Source: Lama glama (Eukaryota). From it: DNA of 64,000 bases. The stretch covers positions 25,174,001-25,238,000 of the forward strand of contig CM052817.1 in NCBI GenBank assembly GCA_028534125.1, read 5' to 3'. A program made the position numbers and the translations under genes. Positions 11,501 to 23,590 of the stretch are shown piece after piece. Below the pieces are notes generated by a model that saw nothing but the letters and a program-made list of their open reading frames with translations, was not told where the DNA came from and did not search any database. The first letter of the stretch is position 1. Each line of letters opens with the position of its first letter.

Positions 11501-12832
11501 GCAGGCCCCCACTCACCAGAGACCAGTGCCTCATTTAGGCCTCCAGGCAAAGGCTTCCAAAATCTGGGGGATCATCTGCCTCACTTGGATGCCTTTCAAC
11601 AAAGCGTGGACTCCACCCCAGGCCTGGGGAGCCAGGAATCCGTAAGTTTATCGGGTGCCTCAATTCTGAGGCAGCTGGTCTGTGCATAGGTGTTTGGAAA
11701 CATGAAACACCTACATGAAACCACAAAAGCAAACAACTCCTCAACAAATCACCTCCACCTCAATTCTGATTTTGCACGGACTCAGTACTATGGTTGGAAA
11801 CATAAAATGCTTTCCTCTTCATCGCTCCAAAGACCAGACCCGACTGCCCTGAGAAGGTGGCATCAGGACAGTGGGACAGGCTAAGACAGCAGAGAGCCCT
11901 GAGAAACTTAGTAGAGGTCCGCGGAGCTCCCCACTACAAGGTCAGGGACAGGACAACTCCATTTCCTTCCTGTCTGGTCCCGTGAACTTACCTCCTGGTT
12001 AGTGTGAATTCCACCACCCCGTGCCAGGGGGAGAAAGGGCAGGAGCCTGCGGGTGCAATTCACTCCCAGCATGTGGTCGTAAAACACTGCAAAGGGAACC
12101 TCAAAGGCCTTGGGCAGGCGCCGCCCAGGGACCCACCTTTCTCCAGAGTCTGGTCAGCAGCCTGCAGAGTTCTCCACGGTGACCTCAGTGCCTTCCCCAC
12201 CCCATCCTCCATCAGGGCTTCCATTCAGAAAGCTGCTTTTATGACATCAGTGGTGATTAACTGACCTAATTTCTCCCAGGCTGGCAGAGTCAAGAGCCCC
12301 AGTCAATACAGAAATCTATTCTGTGGGCCTCAGCAAAGCCACTGGAGAAAAAAAGACCTGTGATTTGTTCTGAGAGGGAAGAAACAGTGTGCAGTTGAGT
12401 TAGCCCCGGGTGATACTGCTCAGACTCCCAGAGAGATGGAGGAAGAGAGAGCCAGCCTTTCCAACAGCCAGCCTTTCTCTCTCCTTGGGGCTGGGGTCCC
12501 AGAAATGCCCTGCCCTCCGCAAGGATGGATGCTTGTTAAGCAGAGTTGGTGGAGTGAGTGATTTTTCCCTTGAGGGCACTGGTAGCTTCTGCCCTGTCAC
12601 CCTGTTTGCTGCGCCCACTCAGGAATTTGCCAGCCTCACCTTTTCCACCTGCAGTTTCTCCCACCCAACCCAAGCTCCTCCAGCCTCTTCGTTCATGACT
12701 TTTCCCAAACCTAGAGTAGCCTTTCTTTTGCTTTGTCTGTCTAGTGAACACCTATTCATCCCTCAAAACTCCACTCAGGCTCTGATTCTTCCAAAACTCC
12801 TTCTTCCCCACCGCACACGATTTGATTCATTC

Positions 12833-13020
12833 CGGGGCTTTCAAAGTGTGGTCCCCAGACCGGAAGCATGAGAGTCAACTGGAAACTTGTTATAGAAATA
12901 CATGTTCTCAGGCCTTATCCCCAAAGTATGAGATAAGGACTCGAAGGGTGGGGCCCCTTAGCCCATGTCTGAATAAGCCCTCCAGGGGAGTCTGATGCAC
13001 ACTGAAGTCCGAGAAAGATT
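12833..13020 (+). mobile_element. MER5A
   Basis: ttcaaagtgtggtccccagacc...aagccctccaggggagtctgatgcacactgaagtccgagaa. Confidence 0.85.
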
Positions 13021-13159
13021 GGATTAGTTCATGCACCGTGTTACATTCTGAGTGTTTGCATCTGTATTGCACGGTCATCTGTGATCTCTTGAGGTCCTGA
13101 TGTGGTCTCATGCTCATCTTTGCTTCTCTAATCCTTAGTCCCTCAGGCAAACTGATGGT

Positions 13160-13464
13160 TCCGAAGGACCAATCTGATCAATGAATTCTCTCCTTGAAAC
13201 CTTCAGTGGTTTCCCATTGCCCCTTCCCATGACCCGAATGTCCCTGTGTATCTGGCTTCTGGCTCCCTACTTCCCCATCTCATTGTGCTCTGGGCATCCC
13301 CGCTTTTCTCTGTCCCTCAAATGTGCCCAGTGCCTCTGTGGTTAGGGGCCAAGGCCAAGCTGCCCCCACCACTTTTCTTGCCTATTAACTTGCTAACTTC
13401 TACTCCTTCAGTTCTCAGCTTAACTATCACTTCCACGTTCAAACCTCCTCAAATCTTCCCCCAC
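13160..13464 (+). mobile_element. L2 fragment (continues at ~14214-14420 after the L1)
   Basis: gaaaccttcagtggtttcccattgcc...ttctactccttcagttctcagcttaactatcacttcc; later tagacagttagttccacaagtgtcaggaccatgt. Confidence 0.6.
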
Positions 13465-14199
13465 AAGGAAAGGGGAACCCTCCTACACTGCTGGTGGGAA
13501 TGCAGTTTGGTGCAGCCACTGTGGAAAACAGTATAGAGATTCCTCAAAAGACTGTGAATAGACTTACCATATGACCCAGGAATCCTGCTCCTGGGCATAT
13601 ATCCAGAAGGAACCCTACATCAAAATGACACCTGCACCCCAATGTTCACAGCAGCACTATTTACAATAGCCAAGACATGGAAACAGCCTAAATGTCTATC
13701 AACAGATGACTGGATAAAGAAGATGTGGTATATTTATACAATGGAATACTACTCAGCCATAAAAACCGACAACATAACACCACTTGCAGCAACATGGACG
13801 CTCCTGGAGAATGTCATTGTAAGTAAAGTAAGCCAGAAAGAGAAAGAAAAATACCATATGAGATCGCTCATATGTGGAATCTAAAAAAAAAAAAACAACC
13901 CAAAACATAAATACTAAACAGAAACAGACTCATAGACATAGAATACAAACTTGTGGTTGCCAGGGGGATGGGGGGTGGGAAGAGATAGATTGGGAGTTCA
14001 AAATGTAGAATAGATAAACAAGATTGTACTGTGTAGCACAGGGAAATATATACAGGATCTTGTGGTGGCTCACAGTGAAAGAGAATGTGACAGGGAATGT
14101 ATGTATGTTCATGTATAACTGAAAAATTGTGCTCTACACTGGAATTTGACACAACATTGTAAAATGACTATAACTCAATAAAAAAAAATGTTTAAAATA
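13465..14199 (+). mobile_element. Young 5'-truncated L1 (ORF2 C-terminus, 3' UTR, A-rich tail) with perfect 14-bp TSD
   Basis: Peptides [20 protein letters not shown] and MFTAALFTIAKTWKQPKC...WIKKMWYIYTMEYYSAIK; AATAAA plus A tail; TSD aaatcttcccccac at 13451-13464 and 14200-14213. Confidence 0.97.
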
Positions 14200-14599
14200 A
14201 AATCTTCCCCCACGAACACGCAAGGTCAGGACCCCTGTGAGACCCCTTCACCCCATAACATCGTATGCTTTTCCCCTGTGGCACTCGTCACAGCTGTCAC
14301 TGTCTGATTCTTTGGGTCATATCTGTCTCGCCTGTAGACAGTTAGTTCCACAAGTGTCAGGACCATGTGCGTATTTCTGCATTCTGGTGCCGCTCATGCC
14401 TGCAGCCTAGGAGGGGCACTTGCCCCCGGGCCCAGCATCCTTGGATCCGGTGTCTGCACCCTAGAGCTTGCACATTTCCAGGTCCTGCTCAGGATTCCTT
14501 TCCCCCAGTGCGGGGAGTCCCAGGAGGACCGACTTGACTCTTTCGAGCTTGTTCACCATGGGCCTGTGTGCAGAATGAGGAAAGGGCTGCTGGGGAGTT

Positions 14600-14995
14600 T
14601 TCAAGTAGCTTTTCGATGAATTCGATGAATTCATCTCCGCTGCCTGATTTCCTTTTGACTCTCCTCGGTTTTTTTTTTTTTTTTTGGTTCCCTGGCAGAC
14701 AGCGAGTGCTTTCGTTCCTGACTTTACAGTTTCTGGCATTGTCTGATCAGAACAGGGGAATTCTTCCTGAGAGCGCGCTGATTCATTCTGCAAAGCAGTG
14801 CCTGAGTAGCGCCTCCTGCGAGCCAGGCGTCTCACAGATGCTGAAGACAGAGTGGGGAGCGAGACAGCAAAAACCTCCCGCTTCAAGAGGCCGCATTCCA
14901 ATGGGCGTCTTTGAATTGTGTTAACAGAGCAGAATGCTCCCAGTAAGCAACATTTTGCCGGACGTGAGAAATTGTGTTTTCTACAAGGGTGAGTT
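14600..14995. promoter_or_regulatory. Candidate regulatory element or first exon with CTCF-like motif
   Basis: Locally CpG-retaining unique sequence; minus-strand TGGCTCGCAGGAGGCGCTA at 14807-14825; donor-like AGG|GTGAGT at 14989. Confidence 0.4.
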
Positions 14996-16749
14996 GTGAG
15001 CTTAGGGTTGACTGGGAGGTGTGGCCTGTGTCTCTGAAACGTTGTCTAAGTTTTCCCTAAGGACTGGAGGAGTCCATCCTAGGCTCCTAGGTGCTGTAAT
15101 AGTGACCCCTAGGAGTCAGTGGGTCTCCAGCGTCTAGGGTGTGGTATTCACTTTTGGGTTACAACTTGCTTGTTCTACACTTGAGAAGTTCATCTAAGGG
15201 ATAAGAAATGAAGCCAAGAGCAAATAGTCTTCCTCCTCTATGCGTCCCACTTGTCACTCGCTCTCCTGGAAGCTGGTGCTTTCTCTTCGAATCGCGTCAT
15301 TTTCACGTGGTTATGAGTTTAACCTTTCCCCACCTTCCTCTCTCTCCTTCTCTCCCTCCCTGATCTGTGAGCTCACCAAGGCAAGGCTTCCTCTGTCTTG
15401 CCCACTGCTTATCCCTAAAAGTTCATTTCTTGCCTGATGGCCGGTGGCACTCTGAAAACCGGGCTGGGGGTGGAGGTGGGGGCATAGGTCCTGAGGTTCT
15501 TTCTTAGACTTGCAATGCTTGTGCATTGGATGTTTTTATTTCAGGGCAGGTGAGTTTTATTTTTGAGATTCATGGCCTAAGGTAGCCCTTACCTGTATTT
15601 TTAACACTCTTCTTTCAGGTTGTGGAGTGAATCTGGTAACAAAGGAGGAATCGCTGCCTTTTTCAGGAGTTTCCAACAGAGCAGGAAATTTGCATTCTGC
15701 CCCTGGCTCTGCCGCTAATCGGTTAAGTAATCCTGAGTAAGTGTTCTTGCCTCACTGGCCTCTGAGCATCCTCCTTGAAGAAGCAGTTATTGGTCTGTGT
15801 GATGTCCCCCCAGCTCTCAAATGCTTACCCTACTCAGCCAGACCTAGAACTTTTATAGAGTCTCTGCAGAAGATGTGATGGGCTGCGGGGCTTCTCCAGG
15901 AGTTGCTTTTTTGGAGCTGGGGATGATAAACAGCCATAGTGTTCCTTCTTCCTACCTGATCGTCCAACCTGGCCTCCACAGTGGTGTTGGGGGAAGTGCC
16001 ACCCACTGCGGAAGCCATGCACCTGCCGATTCTGTAGATGGGCAGGCTGTCAAGATGATATTTCAGGCCTGTTGAGACTTTGTCTTCCTCACCTACAAGT
16101 TGGCCACTCACGACTTCTCTTTGATGCTCTACAGTCAGACTCCCTAGATCCTCCTTTCAGGTGCTGTGTGTCCAGATCTCTTCTAGACCTGTTCTGGACC
16201 CCTTCTGGAGGGGGAAGAGTGATTCTTGGACCACACACACTTGCTGTTTAGTTTTAGAGCTGGGCTCATGACATCCACCTCCTAGTCCCCCCCCAGGCCT
16301 TGCAGCGCCCTGTGAACCTGTCAGCACACTTACAGTGCAGATTCCACTCCTCAAGAATTGCACGTCAACTCAGCCATTCATTTACTTTGGACAAGATGCT
16401 ATGTCGGGGGGAAGACGCTTGGTCTCAGGAAGTCACACCGGATGGAGCTTCTCTTTCTCATTTTTCTTCTCCTTCCTCCTCCCTCCCACCACTCTTCCTC
16501 CACTTCTTCCTTTTTCTTCCTCTATTTTATCTTTTTCTAACGTGACATTAGAAAAGACACACACACGTAGAGAAGTACTCGAAACCCGAGAACAGCTTAA
16601 TAGATTTTTGTAAAATGAACACCTGTGTAGTTGCCGCCCAGGTCGAGCATCCCTCCAGCTGGAACCGTGACCCTGAATTTTATCATTTTCGCTTTGTTCC
16701 AAGGCCAGGCACAGATTTCTTTACTGACTCCACAGACGTCTTTATTCAA

Positions 16750-16990
16750 CAACAATAACAGCTAATACCTGGGCAGTGCTTCCCGAGGGCCAGGCAAGAT
16801 TTAGAGTGCTTGACAAATACCAACTCTCTCCATTCCTACGACACCCTTATCAGATAGGTGTTATGGTTGTTACATTGGTTGTACAGATGAGGAAATCGAG
16901 GCACTTGTCCAGGGTCACACAGTAAGGAGTCTGAATTTGAACCCAGAGAATCTGGCTCCCGAGACTGCACTCCTACCAACGTACTGCTTC
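16750..16990 (-). mobile_element. MIR SINE, near full length
   Basis: acagatgaggaaatcgaggcacttgtccagggtcacacagt...gaatttgaacccag. Confidence 0.88.
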
Positions 16991-17151
16991 TCACTACATG
17001 GAATCTGGAAGTTGCACTGAAAAGTTCTAATACGTGTAAAGTCCCCCTCACAGATGTATATGAAATTTGAATATCATAGCAGCAATATTACAGCCTCAGG
17101 ACTGAGAAAACCCAGCCCTGCTTCTGTCTTTGCAGTGAAACTAATTTAGGG

Positions 17152-17208
17152 GTGTGTGTGTGTGTATGTGTGTGTGTGCACGCGCGTATGTGCGTGCGTG
17201 TGCATGCG
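17152..17208. repeat. Imperfect (TG)n/(CG)n alternating purine-pyrimidine tract
   Basis: gtgtgtgtgtgtgtatgtgtgtgtgtgcacgcgcgtatgtgcgtgcgtgtgcatgcg. Confidence 0.9.
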
Positions 17209-17534
17209 TTTCCTTTCTGGACATCATACTCATCTCAAGGTTCAGTTGACTAGCAAACATCACCTTTGGTGATCTCTTCTAATACAGATGGGGCCAAATT
17301 TCCCAGTGCCCCAGCCACTTTGGGTTCTACTGGCCCCAGAGTTATTCTCAGTACCAGACTGGCATAACTCAGATCTTCCCCCACTTTTTGCCGTGAAGGA
17401 TGGCTTTTCCCTATTCCTCTGCCTTGACTAAGTAAAAATAAATGTCCCCCTTTCCTCCCATGTTGTATTTTTCAAGGACATATATCTGTCAAGCATTGCT
17501 TCTCATCACCAGGAGACAACTTACAACCAGTGAT

Positions 17535-17710
17535 GCTCAGTTCTTACACTTATTAGCTGTGCCCACCTTGCCAAGGAACTCTCTGTGCCTCTGTTTCTCC
17601 ATTTATGAGAGGGGGATAATGTTATCTACCTTACTGGGTTGTTTTGAGCATCAAATGAGACAAGTATAAACTTCCTAGCACAGAGAAAGTGCTCAGTAAA
17701 TATTTGGGGG
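17535..17710 (+). mobile_element. MIR SINE
   Basis: ctctgtgcctctgtttctccatttatgagaggggataat...aagtgctcagtaaatatt. Confidence 0.8.
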
Positions 17711-18364
17711 GTTTTGTTGTTGTTCTTATTATTGAGTTGAAGGCAATGATGGTTATATTTCATATGAGTTTGTCTTGAACTCTAGCCTGAAGCCAAGATC
17801 CTTGGACATTTCTTTTGGCCTGTTCACCTTAAGATAGGTGAATTATGCTAGACTTGTTAAATATTGAAAACAATTTCTGAGTATCCCTTGCCGTAGTCCT
17901 TTGTGAAAATCCAGGTATCTGGACCCCAAGTAAGGAATCCAGGTGTCCCTACCTGGGGGATCAACTAGCCTAAGTTTTAGCCATGGAGGGTTTGGGGCAT
18001 TTACAAATTCTTGCCTAATTGGCTATTTATCCCAATTACATAGTCAACCCTTGATTACTTGGGGACTGCAGTCCAATTGGAGGAAAGACCATGGACCTCC
18101 TGCTTGCTTTATCAGTCCATCCATGTCTTGTTGGCTCTTTTCACCAAAATTCAAGAGGGATTTTGAACAGCAGAGAATAGAAAAAGAGAATCAATCAGCT
18201 AAATTTGTTACTTCCTATTAATTAAGGTTGAAAGGTGAGGGTGAAGCTACGGAGAAAAAAGCATTTAAGATTTTAATCAGCTACATTATCCCAGTCTCTG
18301 TTGCTGTGGAAAATTGAGATTTCCCCACATGTCAGCTGCTGGGCTTTGGGGCAGATGATGCTGT

Positions 18365-18560
18365 AGAAGAAGAAAAGCCTGGGTGTTTCCATCAGCTCCA
18401 GGTCTGAATGGTGGCACCTCTACTCACTGTCTCTGCGATCTTGACCCAGTCTCTCTCAGCCTCGGTTTTCTCATCTGTAGAATGGAAACAATGCCCATCT
18501 CACTGTGAACATGAAATGAAATGATGTATGTAAAACACTTGGTAGCCACAAGCACTCAAA
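18365..18560 (+). mobile_element. MIR SINE
   Basis: ctcagcctcggttttctcatctgtagaatgga...atgtatgtaaaacacttgg. Confidence 0.8.
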
Positions 18561-19258
18561 ACTTAGCTTCTTTCTCCTGACTCTTCCTAGGTGATCTGTG
18601 AAAACTATGGGATGAGCCAATTTGCTGAAAAATGAGAGTAGACGGTGGTGACCTGGCTCTACTTCACAGAGTAATTTATTCACCGACTATATTGTCACCA
18701 TTTTACCAGTGTTTCAAAATTGTTTAGAAACAGTGTTACAGAGTAATCAGAGAATTCTGAAGGAAAAAAAAGTGGGGAAACTGCTCAAAGTCATCAAGAG
18801 CTGGCTCCACTCTCTGCCCCCAACACACTCAACTTGCGCTGTCTGGAGTCAGTGTCTCAAATGACGCTGATCAGTGCCGTCATCACATCCTCATTTTACA
18901 ACGTTCCCACATTCTCATCGCCTCATTTCCTTTCAGTCAGAACAACTCCTGGGATGGTGGCTTACATGTTGTCATTTCCATTTTTCTGGTGACGAAATTG
19001 AAATTCAAGGGGGTCGAATGACTAGCCCAAATGCACACTTCTAATTGGTGGGTGGAAAAAAAGATGTGAATACATCTCATGACTCTAGGCCTGGAGAGTC
19101 TGTACATGTGTGTATGTATTTTTTTTTTCCTTCAGAAGCTAACCAATAGCTCAGTTAAAAAGAAAAAGAAATATATTCAATTTAAAATCCCAGATAAGCT
19201 TGGACAATTGTTTTTGAGTTTGTTGTGATGGAATTTAATTTCTATGCTGTTTGAGATG

Positions 19259-19758
19259 NNNNNNNNNNNNNNNNNNNNNNNNNNNNNNNNNNNNNNNNNN
19301 NNNNNNNNNNNNNNNNNNNNNNNNNNNNNNNNNNNNNNNNNNNNNNNNNNNNNNNNNNNNNNNNNNNNNNNNNNNNNNNNNNNNNNNNNNNNNNNNNNNN
19401 NNNNNNNNNNNNNNNNNNNNNNNNNNNNNNNNNNNNNNNNNNNNNNNNNNNNNNNNNNNNNNNNNNNNNNNNNNNNNNNNNNNNNNNNNNNNNNNNNNNN
19501 NNNNNNNNNNNNNNNNNNNNNNNNNNNNNNNNNNNNNNNNNNNNNNNNNNNNNNNNNNNNNNNNNNNNNNNNNNNNNNNNNNNNNNNNNNNNNNNNNNNN
19601 NNNNNNNNNNNNNNNNNNNNNNNNNNNNNNNNNNNNNNNNNNNNNNNNNNNNNNNNNNNNNNNNNNNNNNNNNNNNNNNNNNNNNNNNNNNNNNNNNNNN
19701 NNNNNNNNNNNNNNNNNNNNNNNNNNNNNNNNNNNNNNNNNNNNNNNNNNNNNNNNNN
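19259..19758. other. Assembly gap (500 N)
   Basis: Run of N. Confidence 1.
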
Positions 19759-19856
19759 TTTAGATTCCACATATGAGCGATCTCATATGGTATTTTTCTT
19801 TCTCTTTCTGGCTTACTTCACTTAGAATGACATTCTCTAGGAGCATCCATGTTGCG
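19759..19856 (-). mobile_element. Young L1 fragment running into the gap
   Basis: tttagattccacatatgagcgatctcatatggtatttttctttctctttctggcttactt is the near-exact reverse complement of ~13825-13885. Confidence 0.92.
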
Positions 19857-19992
19857 ATGCATCCCACTCTTGAGGAAACCCTTAAGTCCCCTACACTTAC
19901 CCTGTTATGTGATGCCAAGGGTCCAGCCCATCTGACTCAGCCAGTACTTGTGTCCTTGTCTCATTCCTCTTCCAGGTTTTACTGTGTGAACT

Positions 19993-20125
19993 CAGTGCTT
20001 CTCAAACTTCAACCTATACAGAGATCACCTGGAGGACTGGGGTAGAATGCAGAACCCAGCCTTGCTCCCAAAGATTCTGATTCACTAGGTCTGGCCTGGG
20101 CCCCAGGAATCTGCATTTTAAAGAA
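19993..20125 (-). mobile_element. MER5-family MITE
   Basis: cagtgcttctcaaactt...atcacctggagg...gattctgattcactaggtctgg...aggaatctgcattttaa. Confidence 0.8.
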
Positions 20126-21348
20126 ACACTGTAGCAATTTTTGTTACATGCTTGATCGGCCCTCATTTTCTCACTAGGTCCCTTGGAGGGGTGCATGTCC
20201 TCATCTCTCTGAATTGTGGGCTTTCTCTCTCCATCTGGGTGCTTCACTCATGTAATATCTTGATTGACATCACTTCTCACCCAACCTGACTCCCAGGATT
20301 CACCTGCCCTCACCTTGTCTCTGTCAGGGAGGCTGGAGAGAGCCTGGGGAAGAGAAGGTCCACATCAGAATCTGTCCACCAGAGGAACCTCTGTGCTAGA
20401 ATCACCTGCATTGCCTGTGAACATTATTTTGAACGGATTTGGAAAAAGCCTAGGCTTCCATTTAGGGCCACTTCCGGTGAACTCGGTTTATGATCAAGCG
20501 GAGGATTACTATTTAGAATCGAAAGCTATGTCTAACCATAATGCATATCAGGATTGACATTCTGGCTTGAGGTATAAATGCATCTAAGGCACCAGATGGA
20601 GAGTTTCAAAAACATTCTCTGAAATGATGGTGACTGTCACAGCCAGGCTGCCCCAAAATGGACACACAGCTGCTTACAGCCTCCGCTTGTTTGGATTGGC
20701 TGGGCAGCCAATTTTATTGGTTGAATCTCTCTTTTAACTGGTTGGTACTTTGCTATGCCAGAAGATAACTATTTGCACTACTGGAACCAGTATATGCTTT
20801 TTCTCTTGAAAGACAAAACTCTCGCAGCTGTCTCAATTCTGAATGTTTTTAAAAAAATCCATTCTTGTGAATCAGCAGTCACTTTGTAAATCATAATGAT
20901 CATATGGCTCACATTCTAAGTGAAGGGCTGCACTAAGCCAGGTTATTATTTGTCGTATAATATTTATTCCAGGCATTAACTCATTATGAGCTAAATGCCT
21001 GAGAAGCTCCATGCTGTTGTGCCCACTGTTACAGACATCGCCTTCCAAACAGTGCATAAGGGCAATGATTAGCCCCCCAAACACTCCAGCAAAAAGAGGC
21101 CTTTAACTTGCTTGGCCACATCCTTGGCTTGTTTTCCTACAGATGGTACTCTGCTGATTCATTTCCTGATGGGGCACTCAAATCGATTGTTTTATTCTTT
21201 CGAAGAATGTTACAAATTGCACAGTTGGCTTAATGTTGGGTGATGAGTGGGTGGGCTGGGGTTTACAGTTGAGAAAGATCACTTCAACTTACAATAAAAC
21301 ACGTGAGACTTAGGTTCACTGACTAGGCTGAGAAAGAATTTATAAATA

Positions 21349-21656
21349 CAGTCAGCCCCCTGTATCCATGGGTTCTGCATTCTCAGATTCAACGAGTATC
21401 AGAAATATTTGAAAAAAAAGTACAGAAAGTTCCAAAAAGCAAAACTTGACTTTGCCATGCACCTGCAACTATTTACATAACATTTACATTTTATTAGGTA
21501 TTGTAAGTAATCTAGGTAAGATTTAAAATATACAGGAGAATGTGAGTAGGTTATATGCAAACACTACACCATTTTATATAGGGACTTGAGCATCTGTGAT
21601 TTTGGTATTTGTGAAAGTCCTGGAAGCAATCCCCCATGGATACCAAGGGGAGACTG
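21349..21656 (-). mobile_element. MER2B-like Tigger (Tc1/mariner) MITE, complete, with TIRs and TA TSDs
   Basis: Left TIR cagtcagccccctgtatccatggg; right TIR cccatggataccaaggggagactg; TA at 21347-21348 and 21657-21658; internal gggacttgagcatc and aaagttccaaaaagcaaaacttga. Confidence 0.92.
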
Positions 21657-21789
21657 TAATTATGTCTGGGTATGTGTGTTTGTACATAGCTACATTTGTT
21701 TTTAACCATATACAGAATTTAAATGAAATATACAAATAATCATATACATGGTAATGCAAAAGTCACTGCACCATTTAAAAATTGTTTAA

Positions 21790-23005
21790 ACTCCAACTTG
21801 GGTAGCGTGGTCAATTCTCAGTCCTCGTCTTACCTGACATATCAGTGGAACAGCTGACAAAACTGCCTCCTTCATTTTGCTTCTGGAATGTCACATTGGA
21901 TTGGTTTTCCTGCAGTTCCCTGACTGCACCATCTGTTAGTCACCTTTGCTTATTCCTCCTCTTCTGCCCGACCTCTTAGCATTGGGGCGATTAGGATTTC
22001 CTCTTCGGACCTCATCGCTAGCTATTCTCGCTCCCCCACATTCCAGACATGTATATCCCATTACCCAGCCAGCATTTCCACTTGGATGGCTAACAGACAT
22101 CTCAAACTAAATTTGTCCAAGAGAGAACTCTTAATTTACACTCCCCCTCCCAATCTACTGTTTTTCTCATCTTAGTAAAAGGCAACTCCATTATTCTCTA
22201 TGCTCAGGCCAAAACCTCAAACTCCTAACTGATTACTCTTCTTCTTTTATACTCCACTTTGAATGTATCAGCAAATCCCATTGGCTCTTCCTTTGAAGTG
22301 TAATTTGCCAACCTCGCAATATCCATCATCTTCCTGGTTCAGGCCTCCATAATCTACTTTGTTATTGCCAGACTCCCTGTCTCTTGTTTCCCCTTAGTCT
22401 TTTCTCAGCACAAGAACCAGAGTGATCCTGTTAATACTTAATTCCAATCATGTCAGTTTTTGCTCAAGATCCTCCAATGGTTTCCCAAATCTCTTGGCAC
22501 AAAAGCCAAAGTCCCTTCAATTGCTTATAAAGCCCTATCGTTCCTCCACCATCTCTAACCTCATTACCAATACTCATGTTTGTTCACTCTGCTCCAGACC
22601 CACAGCCTCCTCTGCCATTCTCCCAACATCCCAAAGATGCTGCCACCCCAATGTCTTTGGGTGTTCTGTCCTTTGTCCTGGAAAGCTCTTCTTCCAGATG
22701 CCACTCCCTCTCTGCCTTCAGATCTTTGACCAAATGTCACCTTCTCAATGAAATTCTCCCTGACCATCCTATTCAAAGTACAGTCCTCCACCCCACCCCT
22801 TGCGATCTCAGTCCCCCTACCCTGCTTTGATTTCCTTATTACCAACTGAATACAGTTTGTTTATTTATTTGATGGTTGTCTGTCTCCCCACATTTGGAAT
22901 TAAGATTCATAAGAGTAGAGTTTTTGGTAGGCTTTGGAAAGTAGTATTTATTTTTTTACCCTCAAGAACAATGTGCATGGTAGATACTCAAAAACTCTTT
23001 GTCGA
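21790..23005 (+). mobile_element. L2 LINE 3' region (~1.2 kb, degraded)
   Basis: ggtcaattctcagtcctcgtcttacctgac, catttccacttggatggctaacagacatctcaaact, ggcaactccatt...tgctcaggccaaaac, caaatgtcaccttctcaatga. Confidence 0.85.
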
Positions 23006-23065
23006 AAAAAGTAATGGTATATATCACAATTAAAATATATAAGCACGTGACTTAAAGATACATAC

Positions 23066-23590
23066 TGTGGCAGCCAGTCTCAAGATGTGCCCCAATGATT
23101 CCTGCCTCGTGCCCTTGTGTAGTCTCCCTCCCACACTCTATCAGAGTTAGTCTGTGTGACTAATAGAATCTGTGATGGTGTGTACCTTCTGAGACTAGAT
23201 TATACAAAATAGTTTCCACCTTGCTATCTTGGATCACTGACCCTGGGGTGAACCTGTGCCAATATCATGAGAACACTCAGCTGCCCTATGAAGTGGGTCA
23301 CATGGCAAATAACTGAGACCTCCATCCAACAGCCAGCACCATTTTGCCAGCCATGTGAGTGAGTCATCTTGGAAGTGAATTCTCCAATCCCAGTCAAGCC
23401 TTTTAATGGCTGCAGCCCTGGCCAACATTTTGACCACAATCTCATGGGAGATTCCAAGCCAGAACTACTCAGCTAAGCGATTCCTGAATTCCTGCAGAGA
23501 CTGTGTGAGATTTTTTTAAATGAACATTTATTGTTGCTTTAAGCCACTAATCTTAGGGTAATCTGTTATGCAGGAATAGTAACTAATACA
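23066..23590 (+). mobile_element. MaLR 5' LTR (MLT1F/G-like)
   Basis: Starts TGTGG, ends aactaataCA; gccagccatgtgagtgagtcatcttggaagtg; ttgttgctttaagccactaa. Confidence 0.9.

Noticed and set aside
12410..12871. 153-aa ORF in moderately GC-rich sequence
   Set aside because: Non-ATG start, no recognisable domain, and it ends inside L2/MER5A-derived sequence.
13642..13884. 80-aa ORF with a recognisable protein sequence
   Set aside because: C-terminus of L1 ORF2 in a 5'-truncated copy with upstream stops; not a host gene.
19177..19825. Long ORFs over the first gap (likewise 35232-35991)
   Set aside because: Artefacts of N runs.
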